From positions 372,001 to 436,000 of the forward strand of contig BROI01000004.1 of the NCBI GenBank assembly GCA_027923505.1: 64,000 nt of DNA, given 5' to 3'. Source of the DNA: Mayamaea pseudoterrestris (lineage: Eukaryota). Every line of letters begins with the position of its first letter. The stretch's first letter is position 1. Under the pieces are notes generated by a model. The model was given only the letters and a program-made list of their open reading frames with translations, was not told where the DNA came from and made no database searches. The translations under genes and the position numbers were made by a program. Of this stretch, positions 57,701 through 64,000 are shown piece after piece.

Positions 57701-58779
57701 TGCGCCAGGCTCACCAAAACAGCCGGACTAATACTTTGCTGCGAACTTCGTTTAAGCGATTCGCGCGACTCTCGAATCATGGGATCATCCTCGTCGTCAT
57801 CATCATCTACATCAGCAATGGTAGTGTCGGCAGCTGCTAGCTTCATCATGTCGCTATCAAAGCCCATGAAGGATGACTCAATCTTTTGTCGCATCGTCAT
57901 GAGCACATCCGGCAGGACGCCACTGGAGACGTCCGAATCATCGGGATGTGGTCTCTGCTGACCCGTGATGCTACTAGCAATGCTGGATCCGGATGAAATG
58001 TGTTGATTGTTCGGGTATCGATGATTGCTGCTTGCGTTAGTGCCATCGCTTGACGGTATCACCTTTCGACCATTCGCATCGGCAGTTGCAGTGCCAACCG
58101 AGACCTCCGACGAGTAAGATTTGCTGTTGTTTTGAGTTGCATGATGCACTGGCGGTAAGAATTGTTCTCCTGCTGTTGCTCCTCCTCCAGCCGATGACGA
58201 CGTTCCGGAGGATGCTTGGCGCGCAACGTCACCAGCATCTAGACTCACGCTAGGCGTCGTGAAAAATTCTGCAGCAGCCTTGCCTTCGGAATGCTTGCCC
58301 GTCTGCAACGCCTTGTCCCATTCCGACTGGCCAGTTTGACTCGAGTGTGAGGGAAGTTGAACCTTGTCGGCTTCGTCCTCCGAGTCTGAGCTAAAGTATG
58401 CAACGCCATCTGGATCATTAGCTTCATCCAAAGTCCCATCTCCCTTTTCGTCAAGTAAGCTCATATTGGCTTTGTTCATTTCAGCAGTTTCTTGTAGATC
58501 GGATGCGTCCTCATCCATGACGATCGGAACTGCAGCAGCAGCAGTCGATGCACTAACAGCATCATCAAAGTCAACTGCATCATCATCAAGCAATTCTCCT
58601 ATACCCGAAGTGACTTCAATCGACTCGGTCGTCTCAATGTCGTGTATGACAGTCTCCATGGTGCCGAACTTGAGCTCATTCGTAGACGCAGCTTCCATCG
58701 GTTGACCACCATGGCGCATCGCTCGATTTATAGGCCATGTCGTAGAGGTACTCCAATCGGCGAAGTATCGCTGCGACAT
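54794..58779 (-). CDS. VAC14: VAC14 scaffold of the PIKfyve/Fab1 complex, with a long acidic N-terminal extension
   Basis: Exons 58779-56272 and 56194-54794. KRYERRRLAAMEIEK, RKGGVVALAA, RVRYYATESLFN, GAELLD, EIDRLVEMLERPLF, LLMVLPQS. Start codon uncertain. Confidence 0.9.
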
Positions 58780-58960
58780 TGCAAAGAAGGATCCACCTTG
58801 CGATTTTCTTTCGCCGTCGTGCACTCGAAGCGGAGCTATTACTGCATCATTTTACCTTCTCAACGGGTCGATTAGAGGACTTTCCGAGTAATTTTGTTTT
58901 AAGCAAAAGTTTGCCGCTTAATAACTTGCTGATTTGGTCTCGATACTCCATTCACCAGCC

Positions 58961-60142
58961 ATGACGGAACCGCAACAAGCTGCTCCAATCGATTCCAAGA
59001 TGCAACCCGAAGAAACCTCTGCAACCTCCACAATCACAAAGTCTAAAACTAGCATGACTAATATTGCGGATGCGCGCTACACTTGCGACATGGAGAAACT
59101 CCAGAAGCTTCGGACGGCTGTGCCATGGGCCAAGGACCCAAAGTTTTTCAAGACTGTCGCAATCAGTCCGTCCGCCATTATGAAGATTATGATGCACTGC
59201 GCCAGCGGCGTGGAAAAGGGCATTGCCAAGGGAGGTAATCCAACCGAAGTAATGGGACTCTTACTGGGCCGACCCGATCCAGATACGCCGAGCACGTTTG
59301 TCGTGACGGATGCCTTTGCCTTGCCGATTGAAGGTTTTGAAACGCGAGTCATTGCGGACGACGATACCGTCACAAATCACATGATTGCGCTTGGAGAATC
59401 TTTGGAGCGAACCCGCCGCGAGCGATTCATGGGGTGGTATCACTCGCATCCCTTTGATTTGGGCGAGCATTCACACTGCTTTATGAGTCAGACGGATATT
59501 AGCACTCATTTGCAATGGCAGCGAGCAGAAGATCCACACGGGAATCCATTTGTTGCGATTGTCGTTGATCCATTGCGGACGGCGCATTTGGGAACTCCTG
59601 AGCTCAAGGCCTTTCGTGCGTATCCGCCCGAGTACATGTCGCCGACGGCGAACGAGTGTCCGGATGGTTCGGTGGAAACATCCGAACAGGTGCGATTGGA
59701 GCACTGGGGCTCATGCTGGAATCGTTACTACGAACTAAACATTGAGTACTACATGTCGCAAACCTCGCGCAAGATTATGGAACAGCTTACGCAAAACTAC
59801 TTGTGGATTCGCAAGCTGACACAACCAGCGGACAATACAAGCAAACTGGTAGCATGCGCCAAGCAGTTCAAGACGGCGGCCAATGCGTCCAACACGCCCA
59901 CGGGCGGCACCACAAGTCGTAGTACCGCGAATCGAGCTTCAACAATGGCATCGCTTTTGGAAGGAGGAGGAAGCCGCGGTGGTGGACGTACGCGTGGAAA
60001 ATCGGAAGCAAGCTTGCTAGCTGGCCCAAACACGCCGCGTAGTAAGGAGTGGAACAAGGCTGTGGGAATGCTGGATGACCTGGCTAGTGAGCAGGTTTGC
60101 GAGAATAGTCTGCATGCAACCAAGGAGCATTTGTTTTCGTGA
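58961..60142 (+). CDS. CSN5: COP9 signalosome subunit 5 (JAMM isopeptidase)
   Basis: PWAKDPKFF, EVMGLL, FALPIEGFETRV, GWYHSHP...S..D, AIVVDPLRT, AFRAYP. Confidence 0.92.
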   Translation: MTEPQQAAPIDSKMQPEETSATSTITKSKTSMTNIADARYTCDMEKLQKLRTAVPWAKDPKFFKTVAISPSAIMKIMMHCASGVEKGIAKGGNPTEVMGLLLGRPDPDTPSTFVVTDAFALPIEGFETRVIADDDTVTNHMIALGESLERTRRERFMGWYHSHPFDLGEHSHCFMSQTDISTHLQWQRAEDPHGNPFVAIVVDPLRTAHLGTPELKAFRAYPPEYMSPTANECPDGSVETSEQVRLEHWGSCWNRYYELNIEYYMSQTSRKIMEQLTQNYLWIRKLTQPADNTSKLVACAKQFKTAANASNTPTGGTTSRSTANRASTMASLLEGGGSRGGGRTRGKSEASLLAGPNTPRSKEWNKAVGMLDDLASEQVCENSLHATKEHLFS

Positions 60143-60514
60143 GCTGGCGTTACGCTTGCTCTGCAGCTGCAGCGTCGCCCCGTTCGAAAACCTTTGGCTG
60201 CGACAAATCACCCTATAAATGCCAGGTAATGTATTGATAAAAGTTTCATCACTAATATGACGAGTTAGACTCACCGGTTGCTTGCTGTAGGATGACTGCG
60301 ATAAACTCACCATTGAAGATCAGCTCACGCACCGCATGCAGATAGCTAAAATATCCTAGCCTCAACCCTAATTGACGAATTGGAGGACGAGGCGAGCAAA
60401 ACGCACCACACGATGACCATGGAAGGCCGCCGCTGCTTGGTGCAAAACAGCTTGATACAAAGAATAGAAAGATCAATTGACAGTGCAATCTATTTGACAT
60501 AGTAGTAATTCATC

Positions 60515-62607
60515 ATGTCAAACGCACGGAAGCTCCAAAGTAAGTTTAGAAGCGGCGAAGAAGGGACGGAGAAATTGCAATTTTTACTGCGTTTCACCTC
60601 GACTTGAAGATTTCGCTCGCATCAAAGAGCAATTGCTGTCGAGTAGAATGGCTCGATAGTATCTCTAAGAAATCGTCTCACGAATATACTATCTCCTACT
60701 GCAGCCGAGATTGACCGAGTCATGAAAAAGATTGATGAGGGAGTTGAACTGTTTGACGACATTTGGGAGAAGGTTTACTCGGCGGAGCAGCAAAACCAAA
60801 AGGAAAAGTACGAAGTAGATTTAAAGAAGGAGATAAAAAAGCTGCAACGTCATCGCGACCAAATAAAAGCATGGATCAGTGGGAGCGACGTCAAGGACAA
60901 GGATGCTCTCATGGAGGCGCGAAGATTAATTGAAACAAAGATGGAGCAATTTAAAGTCTGCGAAAAGGAGACTAAAACCAAGACTTACTCAAAGGAAGGT
61001 CTTGCAAGGGAAGACAAGCTAGATCCGTCGGAGGAGGCAAAACTCAACACTGCAAGCTGGCTGCAAGAGTACATTGAGAAGCTCAAGCGACTAGTGGAAG
61101 ATACAGACTTTGAGATTGAAAGGTTGTCGGCTGGAAAGGGAAAGAAGACAAACAAGAGTCAAATTGAAAAGCTGAAAGAACATATTACCAACCATCGGAA
61201 CCATATATCCAAAATGGAAGGCATCATTCGTCTCATCAACAATGACAGGTTAGAGGTGGATACAGTAGACGCGTTGAAGGACGACATTGACTATTACCTA
61301 GAGTCGTACGAAGACGAGGATTACCACAGCGCGTACGACGAAGACTACTTTTACGAAAGTTTGGGCTTGGAGGAACTTGACGTTGTCAACGTCGACATGA
61401 TTACTGCAGCGGTCACGAACAGCAAAAAGGCGGATGGCGATGATCCGTCAATGAGTTCCAAGGGTAGCGAAGATAAGCGCGGCAAGGGTAAGGCAGCCAT
61501 TTCGTCAGTAATACCGCTCACTATTGGACGCGCAAGAGTGGGAGCGGCACCAGCAGTAAAGGTGGAAGAGCCAAAACTAACGCCTGTGAAAAAGGCGCCA
61601 GCGGCACCGGTACCCGTAAAATCACCAGTGCCTGCGTCACCGGCGGCGTCGCAAGTGCAGGGAGCAAGCATGGCGGCCATACTGAAACGAGAATCGGAGC
61701 AGCAAGAAAAGGAACGACAAAAGGTAATAGTAAAGATGCTTCGTGCCTGTAAATTCGCAATCCTGCAATGTCTCACTCGCCACACGTCGGACGTGCCCGT
61801 TATCAGGCGGAGCAGGTTCGACAGCAAGCAGCACAACGTCAGCAGCAAGAGGCACAACAAAGACAACAAGAGATTGTCCGACAACAGGAAGCGCTACAGG
61901 CTCAACAGCAGCAAGAAGCGCAAAAGCGGCAGCAGGAGGCAGTACGTCAACAGCAAGAAGCCGCAGCTCAACTGGCGGTCCAGCAGCAAGCGCAGCAAGC
62001 GGCGGCAGCAGCAGAAAAGGCGAAGAATGTGCAGCCACCGCAGCCTTCCGGAAACAACGGACTGGAATTATTGACATCTGGACTGAACGGTCTTGGTCTG
62101 AGCGCAGATTCGGGAGCCAACTCGGTTACGACAGCCACTGCTACATCGAGTGGCGGTCCGTCGCCAAACCTTGACGCTGGATCGTTGGCTTCCGCATTAA
62201 GCGAGTCTTTTGCCACGAGTCCCAACATGGTTGACAACGACAGATCGCGTCAATACACGCCGCAGAACCCGTACCCGACGCCTACATCCTATCCCTCGAC
62301 ACCGGCTGGAATTTTCGAGAACCCTGCAGTGTTTGAAAAGCTGGGAACAGATTGCTTGTTCTTCATCTTTTACTACATGCAGGGCACATACCAACAGTAC
62401 TTGGCTGCGCGAGAGCTCAAGAAGCAGAGTTGGCGGTTTCATAAAAAGTACATGACGTGGTTCCAGCGTCACGAAGAGCCAAAAATTACCACGGACGAGT
62501 ATGAGCAGGGCACGTACGTATACTTTGACTATGAGACTGGTTGGTGCACACGGATCAAGTCGGACTTCCGCTTTGAATATGCTTATTTGGAGGACTCGTT
62601 GCAATAA
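60515..62607 (+). CDS. NOT3: CCR4-NOT subunit NOT3/CNOT3
   Basis: Exons 60515-60539, 60705-61723, 61807-62607. RKLQTEIDRVMKK, LKKEIKKLQR, NOT box LFFIFYY..GTYQQYLAARELKKQSWRFH. Confidence 0.95.
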
Positions 62608-62685
62608 GTAAAAAGTAGGGTAACATGTTGTAACAGGGAATTACGGAAATACAAAGAGACGACGTCTATGATAGATAAGCATGCT

Positions 62686-64000
62686 CTATGATGCGGCAAG
62701 ATTCTGAGAATCATGTGCTGGCTGCGATCCCTTCTCGCTCGCAGTCCCATCCCTCAGTTGTCGTCGAGCAGTGACGCCACCGCCTACTCCAATTGTTTGC
62801 GCATCAAACTTGATTATCAACGAAGTCATGTTATCCTTGCTTCCCCTAGCGAGACACTCGTCCAAAACCTGCAAAAGTAAAGCAAATGTACGTGAGCAAA
62901 TTATTAAACTGACCCATCAACCCATTCATGGCCATTTGTTCCTCGTTAACCAAACTCACCTCTTCGCAAACAAGCCCCAAATCAGTTTCGCCTTCACTGA
63001 AAATTGACGAAACAGTTTGAATAGCTTCATAGTTCGTTTGCACGTCCCAAATCCCATCACAGGCAATAATGATAAACTCGTCCAGTTGCTGGTTTCGCGC
63101 ATGAATGGTGATATCCGGCACTGGCGACACCTTTTGATCGCCCGGCCGCATCAAACGTGTAGCTTGGTCAGCACTGGACGATTCCTGCAGAGCGCTCGTC
63201 CCGCCCATGACCGTGTCAATATTTTTGAAACGAAAGTCACCCAACCCGCGGCTGACTGCCAAGTCTCCTTCAACACGACCTCCAGCGACGTAGCCTCCAG
63301 CAGCTCGAATGCGACTTTCCTCGTCAATATCTTCAGGCTTGTGATCATAGCTGAGTGGTACGACAGACTTGATGCTAACAGGCACATTGGTACTCGTTGC
63401 AGCAGCGTCAGCAGAAGAGTCACTACTTGAATTCGCCGCTGATCCTCCACTGACTTGCTGTTTGCGACTCAGCACAGCTCTCGAGTCACCTGCATTGGCG
63501 CAAACAATGTACTGCGGCGTGAGCAAGACGACGCAGGCCGTAGTTCCCGAGTCGCCCTCCTCCTCCAATCGCTTCAAGGCAGTTTCGGCTGGAGAATCAA
63601 CGTCGTCGTCGTCATCGTCAATGTCGTCTCCATCCTTTTGAATTGCTTTTGCAGCAGCAGCTGCTGCAACTCCAATCGTCTTACGACTCTCATTTGCCTC
63701 ATGTGCATGGTACGGCTCGTCGGCATCCTGCACTGCTCCAGACTTTAACGCACAAGCAATCTCGCGATCCAAATCAACAAACGCACTCATCAAAGCATTC
63801 TCGAGTAAGTCGAGTCCCTTTTGATTCTCCTTGTTCTTGGCAGACACATTCTGTTGCTGACTATTGACATTCGTTTGCGATTTTGTCCACCAGTGCGCGT
63901 ACTCGACAAAACTTGGTTGTCGAGCCAAGACGCGGCAAAAGTTGCGACCAGCGTAGAATGCCGCAAAGGTTCCACCGTGACCGTCAAAGACGGCAAAGAG
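62686..64000 (-). CDS. Protein phosphatase 2C (PPM1A/B-like); 5' end lies beyond the window
   Basis: LFAVFDGHGG at the window edge, SGTTA, ANAGDSR, DHKP, LAVSRGLGD, ACDGIWD, GSKDNMT. Intron 62869-62959. Confidence 0.93.

Overview
Gene-dense eukaryotic nuclear DNA, most likely a pennate diatom. That assignment is inferred from the short GT-AG introns, very short intergenic spacers and several bipartite signal-peptide + 'F' plastid-targeting N-termini. About 27 host genes can be modelled: class-III aminotransferase, ARL1, CGFS glutaredoxin, HD-domain nucleotidase, MnSOD, BMS1, RPL5, RING E3, TMEM18, MOCS2B, RPN3, CELF, SPF30-like, SNF1/AMPK, AP-3 delta, VPS11, SAS10/UTP3, a secreted vWA protein, UVRAG, VAC14, CSN5, NOT3, PP2C and a few unknowns. 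The strongest non-coding signal is the 429-nt BMS1 intron. It is built from two back-to-back sub-introns joined by an AG|GTATGT zero-length-exon (recursive-splice-type) junction, and each sub-intron carries one C/D-box snoRNA candidate with the same 13-nt guide. Other highlights are an H/ACA-type guide hairpin in the SAS10 intron, and a decayed tyrosine-recombinase (DIRS-order) retrotransposon whose gag stop is an in-frame UGA-CGG readthrough-type junction into pol. There is also a mevalonate kinase gene destroyed by a copia LTR fragment, two families of palindromic/foldback repeats in divergent promoters, and a recurrent TGTCGCACCAYGA promoter motif. All calls are from manual reading; no database searches were run.
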